NCBI GenBank assembly: GCA_041937175.2 | Contig: CP166615.1 | Location: 3,360,001-3,424,000 of the forward strand | Direction of reading: 5' to 3' | DNA: 64,000 bases | From: Limnothrix sp. BL-A-16 | Lineage (GTDB): Bacteria > Cyanobacteriota > Cyanobacteriia > CACIAM-69d | In this document: positions 1 through 10,802 of the stretch, one piece after another | How positions within the stretch are numbered: position 1 is the first letter of the stretch | How the letters are laid out: each line of letters begins with the position of its first letter | Notes under the pieces: generated by a model | Told to the model about the DNA's origin: nothing | The model's database searches: none | What the model saw: the letters and a program-made list of their open reading frames with translations, nothing else | Program-made: the position numbers and the translations under genes

Positions 1-624
1 TTAACTCCCCCGCTTGGGCCAGTTGCGCCAACCGTCGGGATGGATCCTTGCTGGGAGCATGGCGATGGACGGTTTGGGCCAGGGCGGAACTCACCTGCTC
101 AATCATTAAGCCCATCGAAACATTCACGGCTTTCAGATAAGCCATTTCTTCGCGATCGAGCGGCCCCACGTTGGCATGGGGCAAAAACCCTTCCAGCAGC
201 GCTAACCGACAGAGGGACTCAATGCGCCGAATCCAGGCCGATCGCCGGGGGCTGCGGGGATGCACCTCCCCACTCAGAATCAGAATCTCGATCGGCCCGA
301 AGACTGGGGGGCTGGCCGGGGCGATCGGAAATCGCCCTGATGGTGGTTTGTAACAATCTCGCAATGGATTGGTGAGTGATCGAAGCTTAACCGTTGCTTC
401 CGCCAGGCCCAGCCAGCGATCGGCCCCCGGCTCCACTCGAAAATTACAGTACTGACAGCGGTTGAAACATTCATAGGTGGGAACCAGCGTGTAGGCAGCG
501 CTGTAGGTGACCAGAGACCCCAAAAGCTGATGGGTACGGCAATCCGCCTCTGTGCGATCGGCCATGGCCCTTGACCTCAAACGTTAAAGAAAATGGAATT
601 TGTGTAAATCATCGTCAAAACCTC

Positions 625-653
625 TTTACAAAACTAAACACAGCGGTTAATCT
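625..653 (+). promoter_or_regulatory. psbA sigma70-type promoter (-35 TTTACA, 17-bp spacer, -10 TAATCT); -35 overlaps an HLR1/RpaB-like repeat TTTACAAA-ac-TAAACACA
   Basis: TTTACA at 625-630 and TAATCT at 648-653, 60 bp upstream of the psbA ATG; resembles known cyanobacterial psbA promoters. Confidence 0.65.
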
Positions 654-713
654 ATATTCACGTGGGAAACAAAACCCGCCAAATCATTCTTCTACAAAGC
701 AATTCATCCAACC

Positions 714-1796
714 ATGACTGCAACCCTGCAACAGCGCCAAGGCGCTTCCGTGTGGGATCAGTTCTGCGAGTGGGTAACCAGCACCAACAACCGCCTGTAC
801 GTGGGCTGGTTCGGTGTCCTGATGATCCCCACCCTGCTGGCTGCCACCATCTGCTACGTTATCGCTTTCATCGGCGCTCCCCCGGTTGACATCGACGGCA
901 TCCGCGAACCCGTGGCTGGTTCGCTGCTGTACGGGAACAACATCATCTCCGGTGCTGTGATCCCCTCGTCGAACGCCATCGGTTTGCACTTCTACCCCAT
1001 CTGGGAAGCTGCTTCCTTGGATGAGTGGCTGTACAACGGCGGTCCTTACCAACTGGTTGTGTTCCACTTCCTGATCGGCGTGTTCTGCTACATGGGCCGT
1101 GAGTGGGAACTGAGCTACCGCCTCGGTATGCGTCCTTGGATCTGCGTGGCTTACAGCGCTCCTGTGGCTGCTGCTACCGCTGTGTTCCTGATCTACCCGA
1201 TCGGTCAAGGTTCGTTCTCTGACGGTATGCCTTTGGGCATCTCGGGCACCTTCAACTTCATGTTGGTGTTCCAAGCTGAGCACAACATTCTGATGCACCC
1301 CTTCCACATGTTGGGCGTTGCCGGTGTGTTCGGTGGCTCGCTGTTCTCCGCAATGCACGGTTCCTTGGTGACCAGCTCGCTGGTTAAGGAAACCACCGAA
1401 GTTGAGTCGCAAAACTACGGCTACAAGTTCGGTCAAGAGGAAGAAACCTACAACATCGTTGCAGCCCACGGCTACTTCGGTCGCTTGATCTTCCAATACG
1501 CTTCGTTCAACAACAGCCGCTCGCTGCACTTCTTCTTGGGTGCTTGGCCGGTTGTGGGCATCTGGTTCACCGCCCTGGGCGTGAGCACGATGGCGTTCAA
1601 CCTGAACGGCTTCAACTTCAACCAATCGGTTGTTGATTCGCAAGGTCACGTGATCGGCACCTGGGCTGATGTGATTAACCGCGCCAACCTGGGTATGGAA
1701 GTGATGCACGAGCGTAATGCTCACAACTTCCCGCTGGATCTGGCTGCTGGTGAAGCTGCTCCCGTAGCTCTGCAAGCTCCCGCAATCAACGGCTAA
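714..1796 (+). CDS. psbA: Photosystem II D1 protein, E130 (GREWE) high-light-type form
   Basis: 360 aa; [38 protein letters not shown] plus C-terminal extension; strongly biased codon usage. Confidence 0.99.
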   Translation: MTATLQQRQGASVWDQFCEWVTSTNNRLYVGWFGVLMIPTLLAATICYVIAFIGAPPVDIDGIREPVAGSLLYGNNIISGAVIPSSNAIGLHFYPIWEAASLDEWLYNGGPYQLVVFHFLIGVFCYMGREWELSYRLGMRPWICVAYSAPVAAATAVFLIYPIGQGSFSDGMPLGISGTFNFMLVFQAEHNILMHPFHMLGVAGVFGGSLFSAMHGSLVTSSLVKETTEVESQNYGYKFGQEEETYNIVAAHGYFGRLIFQYASFNNSRSLHFFLGAWPVVGIWFTALGVSTMAFNLNGFNFNQSVVDSQGHVIGTWADVINRANLGMEVMHERNAHNFPLDLAAGEAAPVALQAPAING

Positions 1797-1852
1797 TTCT
1801 GAAGATTGTGAGTGCCTGCTAGCCTGAGCAAGTCAGTCTAAGCGACACAGTG

Positions 1853-1890
1853 GAGGGGGGACGATCTTGAATCGTCTCCCCTCTTGCTAT
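1853..1890 (+). terminator. Intrinsic terminator after psbA
   Basis: Hairpin GAGGGGGGACGAT-cttga-ATCGTCTCCCCTC followed by a short T-rich tail. Confidence 0.7.
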
Positions 1891-2034
1891 TGATGAGCTG
1901 GCGTAACTTATGCGGGCAGTTGCACGCTAGATCCAGAACGGTTGAATCGCCCGATAATTAGGTTATGGGTACTGGGTTTGAGGCCGGCTCCCGGGGAATT
2001 CGCAGGAATTCAAGATTTGAGGAATTCAAGGTTT

Positions 2035-3330
2035 ATGTTGCTCGATCGCCCAGAAATGCATAGCGAATCTGACGTGGCGGTGGCGGAAGCGAAAGCGGCG
2101 ACAATTCCCACCTATGACGTAGCGATCGTTGGGGGTGGGATTGTGGGGCTGGTGGTGGCCTGTGGGTTGCGCCAAACGGGGTTGAAAGTGGCCATCATTG
2201 AAGCCCTAACCCAAGCCACGGCAGCAAAACAAGCCCAGGCCTATGCCTTTTCCCTGTCTTCGGCCAAAATCTTCCAGGGATTGGGCCTGTGGGATCAGGT
2301 GCGATCGAGCCTGGAACCCTTCCGGCGGATTCGGCTTTCCGATTGTGATTGGCCCGATGTGGTGGAATTCTGGCCCCAGGATGCGGGAATGCAGACGGAA
2401 CTGGGCTATGTGGCGGCCCACAATACCCTGCTAGAAGCCTTGCAAGGGGCAGTGAATCGATCGCCCCATTGCACTTGGATTGGCCCGGCCACGGCCACCG
2501 TTTTGGACTATGGGGCCGATTGGGCTGAGTTGGTGATTGCGCCCAATGGCGAGGGGGTGACGGTTCCGTCGCGACTGCGGGCCAAGTTGGTGGTGGCGGC
2601 AGATGGTGCCCGATCGCCCCTGCGAGAAGCGGCTGGCATTCCCAGGCGTGGCTGGGCCTATTGGCAATCCTGTATTGTGGCCGCCGTCAAGGCTGAACAG
2701 CATCACCAAAACATTGCCTACGAACGGTTTCAGACCAGCGGCCCCTTCGCCATTTTGCCCTTGGGGGATGTGTGTCGTTTGGTGTGGACGGCTCCCCACG
2801 CGGAAGCCCAAGCGATGTTGGCGTTGGATGATCAAGCATTTTTGCGGGCCCTGAGCCAACGGTTTGGCCCCCAAATGGGGCCATTGGAATTGGTGGGCGG
2901 TCGCTATCTGTTTCCGGTGCGGTTGATGCAGTGCGATCGCTACGTGGGACATCGGTTGGCCCTGGCGGGGGATGCGGCCCACTGTTGCCATCCAGTGGGG
3001 GGACAAGGTTTAAACATGGGCATTCGCGACGCGGCGGCCCTGGTGGATGTGATCCAAGGGGCGATCGCCCGGGGTGAAGACTTTGGGCAAGTGGCGGTGT
3101 TGCAGCGCTACGATCGCTGGCGGCGTTGGGGCAATTGGGTGATCCTGGCGTTCACAGATTTGCTCGATCGACTCTTTTCCACCCAACTGTGGCCCGTGGT
3201 TTGGGTGCGGCGGCTGGGCTTGGCTGCCCTCAAGCGGGTTCCACCCCTGAAGTCCCTGGCCTTGAAGCTGATGACGGGACTGCTGGGAAAGATGCCGAGC
3301 TTGGGCCGCCTGGCGGATTCTAACCCTTGA
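2035..3330 (+). CDS. FAD-dependent hydroxylase, UbiH/Coq6 family
   Basis: YDVAIVGGGIVG, VVAADGARS and GDAAHCCHPVGGQGLNMGIRD motifs; start at ATG 2035 is inferred. Confidence 0.9.
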   Translation: MLLDRPEMHSESDVAVAEAKAATIPTYDVAIVGGGIVGLVVACGLRQTGLKVAIIEALTQATAAKQAQAYAFSLSSAKIFQGLGLWDQVRSSLEPFRRIRLSDCDWPDVVEFWPQDAGMQTELGYVAAHNTLLEALQGAVNRSPHCTWIGPATATVLDYGADWAELVIAPNGEGVTVPSRLRAKLVVAADGARSPLREAAGIPRRGWAYWQSCIVAAVKAEQHHQNIAYERFQTSGPFAILPLGDVCRLVWTAPHAEAQAMLALDDQAFLRALSQRFGPQMGPLELVGGRYLFPVRLMQCDRYVGHRLALAGDAAHCCHPVGGQGLNMGIRDAAALVDVIQGAIARGEDFGQVAVLQRYDRWRRWGNWVILAFTDLLDRLFSTQLWPVVWVRRLGLAALKRVPPLKSLALKLMTGLLGKMPSLGRLADSNP

Positions 3331-3395
3331 GTGTTGGGCGATCGCCCTGCGTCAATGGGCGATCGCAAATTGGCCGATCGTAGATTGGCAAGCGG

Positions 3396-4133
3396 CTAGC
3401 CTAACCAGGCGGCCGGTGCGGGCCGAGTGCTCGATCGACCGGCGGGCCGCACCTCGTAAAGCTTGCCCTCATTCAGTTGCAAAACTCGGTGATGACTGCG
3501 CCGCACCCACAACTCATCATGGGTTGTGACGATCGTGGTTGCTCCCAATTCGTTGAGCCGCTCCAGGATCGCAATGATCTGTTGGGAGTTGTCGCCGTCG
3601 AGGTTACCGGTGGGTTCATCGGCCAAAATTAAGGGGGGCGTGCTGACAATGGCCCGGGCAATGCTGGCCCGCTGCTGTTCGCCGCCGGAAAGCTGTTCGG
3701 GGAAGTGGTCTGCCTTGGGCAGCAGCCCCACCAACCGCAGGGCGGGCGTGAGACGACGGCGAATTTCCGCCTGAGGATAGCCCTGGGCCAACAAAACGAA
3801 GGCAATATTTTCAGCTACGGTGCGGCGGGGAATGAGTTTGTAATCTTGAAAAACAATGCCAATTTTGCGCCGCAGGAGCGCCAGTTGATTGCGATTGAGG
3901 TCGCTAACCCGTTGCCCATCGATGATCACTTCGCCCCGATCGACCAGTTCTTCGCCATAGAGCAGCTTCAGCAGGGTAGACTTGCCCGCGCCAGAGGGGC
4001 CCGTAATCATCAAAAATTCACCGCGATCGACCCGTAAATTAGCCCCCAACAGGCCGCGCTGACTGCGGTTATAGATTTTCACCACCTCGCGCAGTTGCAC
4101 GATCGCCGCCGCATTCGACCTCACACCAGCCAT
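3396..4133 (-). CDS. ftsE: Cell division ATP-binding protein FtsE
   Basis: GPSGAGKST Walker A; LRRKIGIVFQDYKL; LSGGEQQR; ADEPTGNLD. Confidence 0.85.
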   Translation of the reverse strand: MAGVRSNAAAIVQLREVVKIYNRSQRGLLGANLRVDRGEFLMITGPSGAGKSTLLKLLYGEELVDRGEVIIDGQRVSDLNRNQLALLRRKIGIVFQDYKLIPRRTVAENIAFVLLAQGYPQAEIRRRLTPALRLVGLLPKADHFPEQLSGGEQQRASIARAIVSTPPLILADEPTGNLDGDNSQQIIAILERLNELGATTIVTTHDELWVRRSHHRVLQLNEGKLYEVRPAGRSSTRPAPAAWLG

Positions 4134-4264
4134 GGCCGTTCTGTCCTCGGTTGAGGGTGGGGGTCATGAGGATTCCAAGCTTTGGCCACCGGGCCTGGGC
4201 CACCGGGTTCACAACCGCCTGAATCGATCGCCCTGTTCCACCCAATTGTTCGTTCTTGTTCGTT

Positions 4265-5899
4265 ATGAGTTTAACCGCCGATCTCCTTTCCACCATCCCC
4301 GGCCAACCGTTGGCGGGTTTAGCGCGAGCCGATCGCCTGTGGCAACAACTCCGGGGGCTGGATGATCAGGGGGTTACACCCCCCATTTCAGTAATTTACG
4401 AATCTTCACAGAACCTGGCGGCCGATCCTGCCAACTCGCCGCCGGCCGATGCCCTCACGGTTGATTTGGTAGTGCTGGGGGGGACTTTGGGGATTGTGAT
4501 GGCCACGGCCCTAGCCCAGTCCGGTTGGCGCGTGGCGTTGATGGAACGGGGGCAACTGCAAGGGCGAGATCAGGAATGGAATATTTCCCGATCGGAATTG
4601 GCCGTTTTGGTGGAACGGGGTCTGTTGACGGCGGCGGAACTGGAGCGGGCGATCGTCTCGGAATTTAACCCCGTGCGGATTGCCTTTGCGGGCGGCCAGG
4701 AGCGATGGGTGCGGGATGTGTTGAACTTGGGAGTCAGTCCCGCCATCTTGATTTCGCAATTGCGGCAGAAATTCCTAGCGGCCGGGGGCATCCTGCTGGA
4801 ACAAACCCAGTTTGTTTCCCTGACCTTGCAGCCCGATCGGGTTTGGGTGCGAGGGCGATCGCTCCTGGGCGGCCCCACCGGAGCCACCGGAGCCGGGGGC
4901 AGCGCTGCCTATGGGGATTGGGTCACCACCAATCAGGCGACGGTCACGATCGGGGCGCGGTTGGTGTTGGATGCCATGGGCCATCAGTCCCCGATCGTCC
5001 GGCAAACCCGCGGCCCCGCCAAACCCGATGGCGTTTGCTTGGTGGTGGGCACTTGCGCCACTGGCTATCCCGCCAACGACAGCGCCGATCTGATTGCCAC
5101 CACCACCGGTATTCAGGACGATCGCCAATATTTTTGGGAAGCCTTCCCCGCCCAAGCGGGCCGCACCACCTATCTGTTTTGTTATGGGGATGCCCACCCC
5201 AGCCGTCCCAGCTTGCACGATTTGTTTGAAGACTACTTCCGGCTGTTGCCTGCCTACCAAAACTTGCCTTCCTTGGAGGGGTTGCAATTTCAGCGGGCCC
5301 TGTTTGGTTTTTTCCCTGCCTTTCGCCAAAGCCCTTTGCAACCAACGGTCGATCGCCTGCTATTTATCGGTGATAGCAGCGGTTTGCAATCTCCCCTCAG
5401 TTTTGGGGGCTTTGGGGCCCTGTTGCGCCACCTCGATCGGCTCTTGAACGGCATCACCAACGCCCTGCAAACCGACCAGCTCGATCGGGCCCACCTGAGC
5501 CTGTTGCTGCCCTATCAACCGAATCTTTCCGTTACCTGGCTATTTCAGCAGGCCATGCGCGTGGCTGTGGGGCAACAGTTACCGAGCGATCGAATCAATC
5601 GATTGTTGGATGCGGTGTTTGGGGAAATGGCCGCAGCGGGCGATCGGGTGCTGCGGCCCTTCCTGCAAGACGTGGTGCAATTTCCCGCCCTCTCTATTGC
5701 CCTGGCCCGTGTGGCGATCGCCCAGCCAGCCTTGGTGGCTCAGCTCATTCCCCAACTGGGCTTGCCTGCTTTGCTGGATTGGATGCGTCATTATCTCGCC
5801 TTGGGGCTATATCACGCGGGCGATCGTCTGGCCTTGCCCGCTCGCGAGTCGGTGCGATCGGCTTGGCGCTACGGTTCTGGCAACGATTGGCATTCCTAA
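4265..5899 (+). CDS. cruP: CruA/CruP-type FAD-dependent lycopene cyclase-like protein (CruP size)
   Basis: GGTLG, GRDQEWNISRSEL, QYFWEAFP, GDSSGLQSPLSFGGFG, PFLQDVVQF; ~545 aa. Confidence 0.8.
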   Translation: MSLTADLLSTIPGQPLAGLARADRLWQQLRGLDDQGVTPPISVIYESSQNLAADPANSPPADALTVDLVVLGGTLGIVMATALAQSGWRVALMERGQLQGRDQEWNISRSELAVLVERGLLTAAELERAIVSEFNPVRIAFAGGQERWVRDVLNLGVSPAILISQLRQKFLAAGGILLEQTQFVSLTLQPDRVWVRGRSLLGGPTGATGAGGSAAYGDWVTTNQATVTIGARLVLDAMGHQSPIVRQTRGPAKPDGVCLVVGTCATGYPANDSADLIATTTGIQDDRQYFWEAFPAQAGRTTYLFCYGDAHPSRPSLHDLFEDYFRLLPAYQNLPSLEGLQFQRALFGFFPAFRQSPLQPTVDRLLFIGDSSGLQSPLSFGGFGALLRHLDRLLNGITNALQTDQLDRAHLSLLLPYQPNLSVTWLFQQAMRVAVGQQLPSDRINRLLDAVFGEMAAAGDRVLRPFLQDVVQFPALSIALARVAIAQPALVAQLIPQLGLPALLDWMRHYLALGLYHAGDRLALPARESVRSAWRYGSGNDWHS

Positions 5900-5900
5900 C

Positions 5901-5956
5901 GGCTAGTTAGTGCTTGGTTGGTTAATGCTTGGTTAGTTAACGTTTGGTTAGTTCAT
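5901..5956. repeat. Imperfect 15-bp tandem repeat (TGCTTGGTTAGTTAA, ~4 units)
   Basis: Seen directly between the converging cruP and histidine kinase 3' ends. Confidence 0.7.
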
Positions 5957-5999
5957 TCTGAATTGGTCAATTCTCAGGGACTGAACTGGTTGTTGAACC

Positions 6000-8402
6000 C
6001 TAGGTTTCCAGGGATTCTGAACGAGTCGCAGGAGCACGACTATCCCCACCCGCCCCGTGGGCAACCCCCGCGATCGAAATTGTGGGCTGCTTCAGGGGCA
6101 ACCGGATCATAAACGTTGTTCCTTGGTCTGGCTGTGAGCAACAGGTTAGGGAGCCATGGTGTTTTTCCACAACAATTTGGTAGCTAATCGAGAGACCAAT
6201 TCCTGTGCCTTTGCCAACAGGTTTAGTGGTAAAGAAAGGGTCAAAAATCTTCGCTTGAATGGCTGGAGGAATTCCAGAACCATTATCAGTAATGGCAATT
6301 TCTACCGTGTCTGTGTCTGTTGATGAGTTTGATAATTGGGATGAGTCAGATTTCACCAGCCTGGTTGTAATTGTCAGCCGATTGGGATTCGCTTCAATTT
6401 CCGGAAAGTCCCAACGGGCTGTTCGTTCTTCCAATGCATCGATCGCATTAGCCAATAAATTCATCAAAACTTGATTGAGCGGCCCTGGATAGCAATCCAC
6501 CAACGGAAGGTCACCCAACTGAGTTGCAACCTGAATGGCGGGTCGTTGCGAGTTGGCCTTCAAGCGGTGATTTAAAAGTGCCAAGGTACTTTCAATTCCC
6601 TCATTGATCTGAAAGGGTTGATGCATTCCTTGATCGGATCGAGAAAAGTTGCGCAACGAAAGAACCAGTTGGCGGATGCGCTCAGTGCCCAAGGTCATGG
6701 AACCAAGAATTTTACCTAGATCTTCTTCAATAAATGCCAGCTCTTCAGCATCAAACTCAGCCTCACTTTCTAAGTCGGAAAGATACTGCGATCGCACGTT
6801 TTGGGGAATGCCTTGCACGAGCGACTGATACTGATGAATCAGACTAATGAGGTCTGTTGTGTAATTTTTAATGTGATCGAGGTTGCCATAAATAAAATTC
6901 ACAGGATTATTAATTTCGTGAGCAATGCCCGCCAGCATCTGTCCGAGTCCCGACATTTTTTCACTCTGAACCAGTTGAATTTGAGCTTGCTGCAACTGAT
7001 CTAAAGCAGCCGTCCGCTCGGCTACAGTCTGCTGAAGAACTTGATTCGCTGATTCCAGAGACTGAAAAGACTGTTGAACTTGCTTAGACATTCGCTCAAA
7101 GGAGAAGGATAAAAATTCCAACTCATCCATCCTGTGGGGCGATCGACCAGATTTTGATTGCTTCAGGTCTTGCTCTGTGTTTGATTCTGAAGTGAATAAT
7201 TTCCCACTATGTTGCGTTAAGGTTGTGATCTCCAATGAAGAATAGGTCTTTGATAAATTCCCAGAGAGATTTCCATTCAAATTTCCGAGGACATAGCGAG
7301 ATTCCTTCATTGAAGAATTGCTGGAAAAATCACTAATCAATAGGTCATTGCATTTAGAAACGATGGGCTGTAGGCGACGATTAAGATATTGCACAGCAGC
7401 ATAAACTACAAAAGCCAAAACCAAAGCAGCAATGGCTGCGCCAATTAGAACTGTGCGCCAAATGGGATATTTGACAACCGATTCTGGGACAACGGCAACC
7501 GCGATCCAGTTCGTGCTAGGGACTCGTTGATAGGCTAGGAACTGCCCTTCCATATAAGCCATGCCCACGGGTCGAGACTGAAGAACCAGCCAAGCTTCGC
7601 GAAATAATGCAAAGTCATAGTAATCGGTGGTGACTTTTGTAAACTTAAAATTGGGCGGTGGAACAAGCAATTTTCCTTCTTGGCTGAAAACTGCAAAATA
7701 CCCTTCGCCACGGGTAACGGTTCTTTTTAATTTCTGAGCAAGGGCTGATATATTTACATCAGCGCCTGCAATACCCAATAGCTTGCGGCGATCATTATAA
7801 AAAGGACTATAGAATGTGGTCATTTTAATACCTGACCACTCATAAGGCTCTAGCCAAACATCACCTCGGGCTGCGATCGCCGCTTTCCAGTAGTCGCGCG
7901 TTGGATAATTATCATCGGTATAAATTTCTGAATAGCGCACATGTTGGTAAGGCGCGGGGAGGCGGTGACCCACCATGCCCGAGCTGCCTTGATCGACATA
8001 AAAATAGGGATAAAACCAAGGGCGATCGCGCACAATTTGGTAGGCATCTTGACCGAAAAAAACCGCCATGGTTAGATCCGGGCGGCTTTTGAAAAACTCA
8101 AAAATTAATTGCTTATAGGATTCAGCATCCTGAATACCAGCTTGTTGATTAGCCCTGACGGCTGAGCCGATCGCCTTAACATAGGCTTGGGAATTAGTGA
8201 GCTGTCCGTTGATGACTTGTACCTGAGCATTCAAGGTGTCTTGAATTTGGTCGATCGATTTACTCTCTAGCGATCGATAAAAAATTTCTGCCATGCTACC
8301 AATGCCCACCAGTGCTCCACCAAGAACACTCATAAAAAGGCGCGTACTGACCGATCGAACCGGCCAAGAAAATCTCAATTGATATCGATAGTCAATAGGC
8401 AT
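6000..8402 (-). CDS. Sensor histidine kinase (TM-Cache-TM-HAMP-like-HisKA-HATPase)
   Basis: Two TM segments; Cache-like WLEPY motif; GIAHEINNP H-box; NAIDA, DNGSGI, FDPFFTTKPVGKGTGIGL. Confidence 0.92.
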   Translation of the reverse strand: MPIDYRYQLRFSWPVRSVSTRLFMSVLGGALVGIGSMAEIFYRSLESKSIDQIQDTLNAQVQVINGQLTNSQAYVKAIGSAVRANQQAGIQDAESYKQLIFEFFKSRPDLTMAVFFGQDAYQIVRDRPWFYPYFYVDQGSSGMVGHRLPAPYQHVRYSEIYTDDNYPTRDYWKAAIAARGDVWLEPYEWSGIKMTTFYSPFYNDRRKLLGIAGADVNISALAQKLKRTVTRGEGYFAVFSQEGKLLVPPPNFKFTKVTTDYYDFALFREAWLVLQSRPVGMAYMEGQFLAYQRVPSTNWIAVAVVPESVVKYPIWRTVLIGAAIAALVLAFVVYAAVQYLNRRLQPIVSKCNDLLISDFSSNSSMKESRYVLGNLNGNLSGNLSKTYSSLEITTLTQHSGKLFTSESNTEQDLKQSKSGRSPHRMDELEFLSFSFERMSKQVQQSFQSLESANQVLQQTVAERTAALDQLQQAQIQLVQSEKMSGLGQMLAGIAHEINNPVNFIYGNLDHIKNYTTDLISLIHQYQSLVQGIPQNVRSQYLSDLESEAEFDAEELAFIEEDLGKILGSMTLGTERIRQLVLSLRNFSRSDQGMHQPFQINEGIESTLALLNHRLKANSQRPAIQVATQLGDLPLVDCYPGPLNQVLMNLLANAIDALEERTARWDFPEIEANPNRLTITTRLVKSDSSQLSNSSTDTDTVEIAITDNGSGIPPAIQAKIFDPFFTTKPVGKGTGIGLSISYQIVVEKHHGSLTCCSQPDQGTTFMIRLPLKQPTISIAGVAHGAGGDSRAPATRSESLET

Positions 8403-8654
8403 AGGACTAGCGTTTGCTGTTAAACCTTACCCCTGTTATATAGCGGTCTTAGGACAGAAAATCATGAGATTTCAACAATAAAACTTTACACTCTCCACAA
8501 TATTTCAGAGGTGATCATTCTGCAAAATTCCCCAAAAATCCCATGATTCCAAGGATTCAGGAGATGAGCTGTCTTGGGATGACGTAAGGAAAATTTGAGA
8601 ATTTTCAATCACTGAACCGCTTCGAGAACTCAATTCTGTCAATGACTAAGTGTG

Positions 8655-10802
8655 TTATTTGATACCAGCAGGCAAATGAATAACAAATTGAGTGCCTTGA
8701 TTGGGTTGAGAGCGGCAGAAAATTCTCCCTTGGTGTCGCTCCGTAATAACTTGATAGCTGATTGACAGTCCCAAGCCTGTGCCTTTGCCAACGGGTTTTG
8801 TGGTGAAAAATGGATCGAAAATCCTTGCTTGCACGGATTCTGGAATGCCTGGGCCATTATCGGCAATGCTAATTTCAACCACATTTTCACTAGCGATAAA
8901 CTGGGTGGTAATTTCAATTCGGCTAGGATTAGCCTCAATTTCTGCCTCGCTCCAGCCGGCGGTTTTTTGCTCCAAGGCATCGATCGCATTAACCAGCAAA
9001 TTCATAAACACCTGATTGAGCGGGCCTGGATAGCATTCCACAGGTGGCAAATCGCCATATTTTGTGATCACTTCAATGGGCGGGTGGTCGGCTGTCGCTT
9101 TCAAACGATGTTTGAGCAACAGCAAGGTGCTTTCAATGCCATGGTGCAAATTGGTGACACAATCTTTGGTTTGGTCAGTTCTGGAAAATGTGCGCAGGGA
9201 TAAAACTAGCTGCCGAATTCGATCGGTGCCCACGGTCATCGAATCCAAAATTTTAATCAAGTCCGATTGAATAAACGCTAGTTCTTCAAAGTCGATCGAG
9301 GCTTGACCGTTAGATTGGCTGGCTTGACCGGCATGGATTGCATAAACCTGCGTTGTGGCTTGGAGTAACTCGTGAACGTAGTCCCGCACATAATCTAAGT
9401 TGCCATGAATAAAATTAACGGGATTATTAATTTCATGGGCAATTCCTGCCAAAAGTTGCCCCAACCCTGACATTTTTTCACTTTGGATCAGTTGCAATTG
9501 TGTCTGTTGCAATTGGTTTAGGGCTTCGCTGCGGTCTTGAACAGTGGCCTGTAGGGTTTGATTTGTTTCGGCCAAAGATTGCAAGGTTGCCTCCACTTTG
9601 GCAGCCATTTGATCAAAGGAATGACATAAAAAAGTCAACTCATCCATGTGCTGCCGATCGCGGTTGGGAGCTGTGACAACCTCCTCTGAGCTAATGGCGG
9701 TTGTTGGGGTGACCATGGGCATGATTTGCTTGGTGGCCACCAAGGTATTGCATTTTTCTAGAATCGGCTTGAGTTGGCGGTTCAGACGGCGCACAAAACC
9801 CAATACGGCGATCGCTAACAGAATAGCGGCGATGATGACGCTGATGATTAAAACGCGCCAAAGGGGCCCTAACACCACATCACTGGGAACAACGGCGATC
9901 GCAATCCAGTTGGCGCTGGGGATTCGCTCATAGGCAATGATTTGATCTTGGTGATAAATAATATCGGAATTTTTGCTCTGCAAGATGGGCCACAGTTCGC
10001 GCAAGAGTGGCAAATCTCGATAGCTGGAATTGGCTTGAAGAGACTTGAGCTTCGGTGGGTAAGCCAGCAATTTACCGGATTTGCTGAGAATGGCAAAATA
10101 GCCTTCATTGTTGATGACGGATCGATCAACTCGTTTGCTGAGTTCGGTGACGCTGAAGTCGGTTCCTGCTACGCCAACTAGTTGCCCCTGACTATCATAG
10201 AAGGGTACTAAATAGCTGGTCATAACAATATTTGACCACTCATAGGGTTCTATCCAAATTCCCTTTTGATTACCCACAGGAATTCGCCAGTAATGTCGAT
10301 CAGGATATTGATCATCTTTATATAGCTCTGAATAAAGCCAATCAGAGTGGGGAGGGGGCAAGCGCTCACCGATCGGATTGGGCTGACCTTGATCGACATA
10401 AAAATATGGATAAAACCACTGACGATCGCGCAAAACCTGAAAGGCATTTTGACCAAAGCCTACTCCCAACACTAAGCTGGGACGTTGTTTGAAAAACTCT
10501 AAAGTTAATTGCTTATAGAATTCTGGATCTTGAACATTTCGATCGCGATTGGTCAAAACAGCAGCAGTCAGAATCTCAATGTAGCGCTGAGACTCTAACA
10601 GTTGCCCCCGGGTAAATTCAACTTGTGCATCGAGTTCTGCGCGAATTCTACCAAGGGATTCCCGTTCAATGGAGCGATAGAAAACAATGGCCATGGTTCC
10701 CAATGCGACGAGGGATCCACCTAAAACGTAAAGGAAAAGCTGAGTGCTGATGGAGCGAACAAGCAGGCGATCGTGTAGTCTTTGAAACCACTTGGCCAAC
10801 AT
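8655..10802 (-). CDS. Sensor histidine kinase, tandem paralog of 6000-8402
   Basis: Same architecture; shared WFYPYFYVDQG and EPYEWS motifs; GIAHEINNP; FDPFFTTKPVGKGTGLGL. Confidence 0.92.
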   Translation of the reverse strand: MLAKWFQRLHDRLLVRSISTQLFLYVLGGSLVALGTMAIVFYRSIERESLGRIRAELDAQVEFTRGQLLESQRYIEILTAAVLTNRDRNVQDPEFYKQLTLEFFKQRPSLVLGVGFGQNAFQVLRDRQWFYPYFYVDQGQPNPIGERLPPPHSDWLYSELYKDDQYPDRHYWRIPVGNQKGIWIEPYEWSNIVMTSYLVPFYDSQGQLVGVAGTDFSVTELSKRVDRSVINNEGYFAILSKSGKLLAYPPKLKSLQANSSYRDLPLLRELWPILQSKNSDIIYHQDQIIAYERIPSANWIAIAVVPSDVVLGPLWRVLIISVIIAAILLAIAVLGFVRRLNRQLKPILEKCNTLVATKQIMPMVTPTTAISSEEVVTAPNRDRQHMDELTFLCHSFDQMAAKVEATLQSLAETNQTLQATVQDRSEALNQLQQTQLQLIQSEKMSGLGQLLAGIAHEINNPVNFIHGNLDYVRDYVHELLQATTQVYAIHAGQASQSNGQASIDFEELAFIQSDLIKILDSMTVGTDRIRQLVLSLRTFSRTDQTKDCVTNLHHGIESTLLLLKHRLKATADHPPIEVITKYGDLPPVECYPGPLNQVFMNLLVNAIDALEQKTAGWSEAEIEANPSRIEITTQFIASENVVEISIADNGPGIPESVQARIFDPFFTTKPVGKGTGLGLSISYQVITERHQGRIFCRSQPNQGTQFVIHLPAGIK

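Noticed and set aside
1..500. ORFs 40-375, 171-353 and 280-474
   Set aside because: Short, mutually overlapping and without recognisable motifs; context is truncated by the window edge
684..1775. 363-aa antisense ORF over psbA (likewise 13050-14162, 19641-20816, 33008-34222, 40144-41451, 47358-48335, 53693-54637, 60676-61848)
   Set aside because: Shadow ORFs produced by codon bias of well-recognised genes on the opposite strand; no motifs
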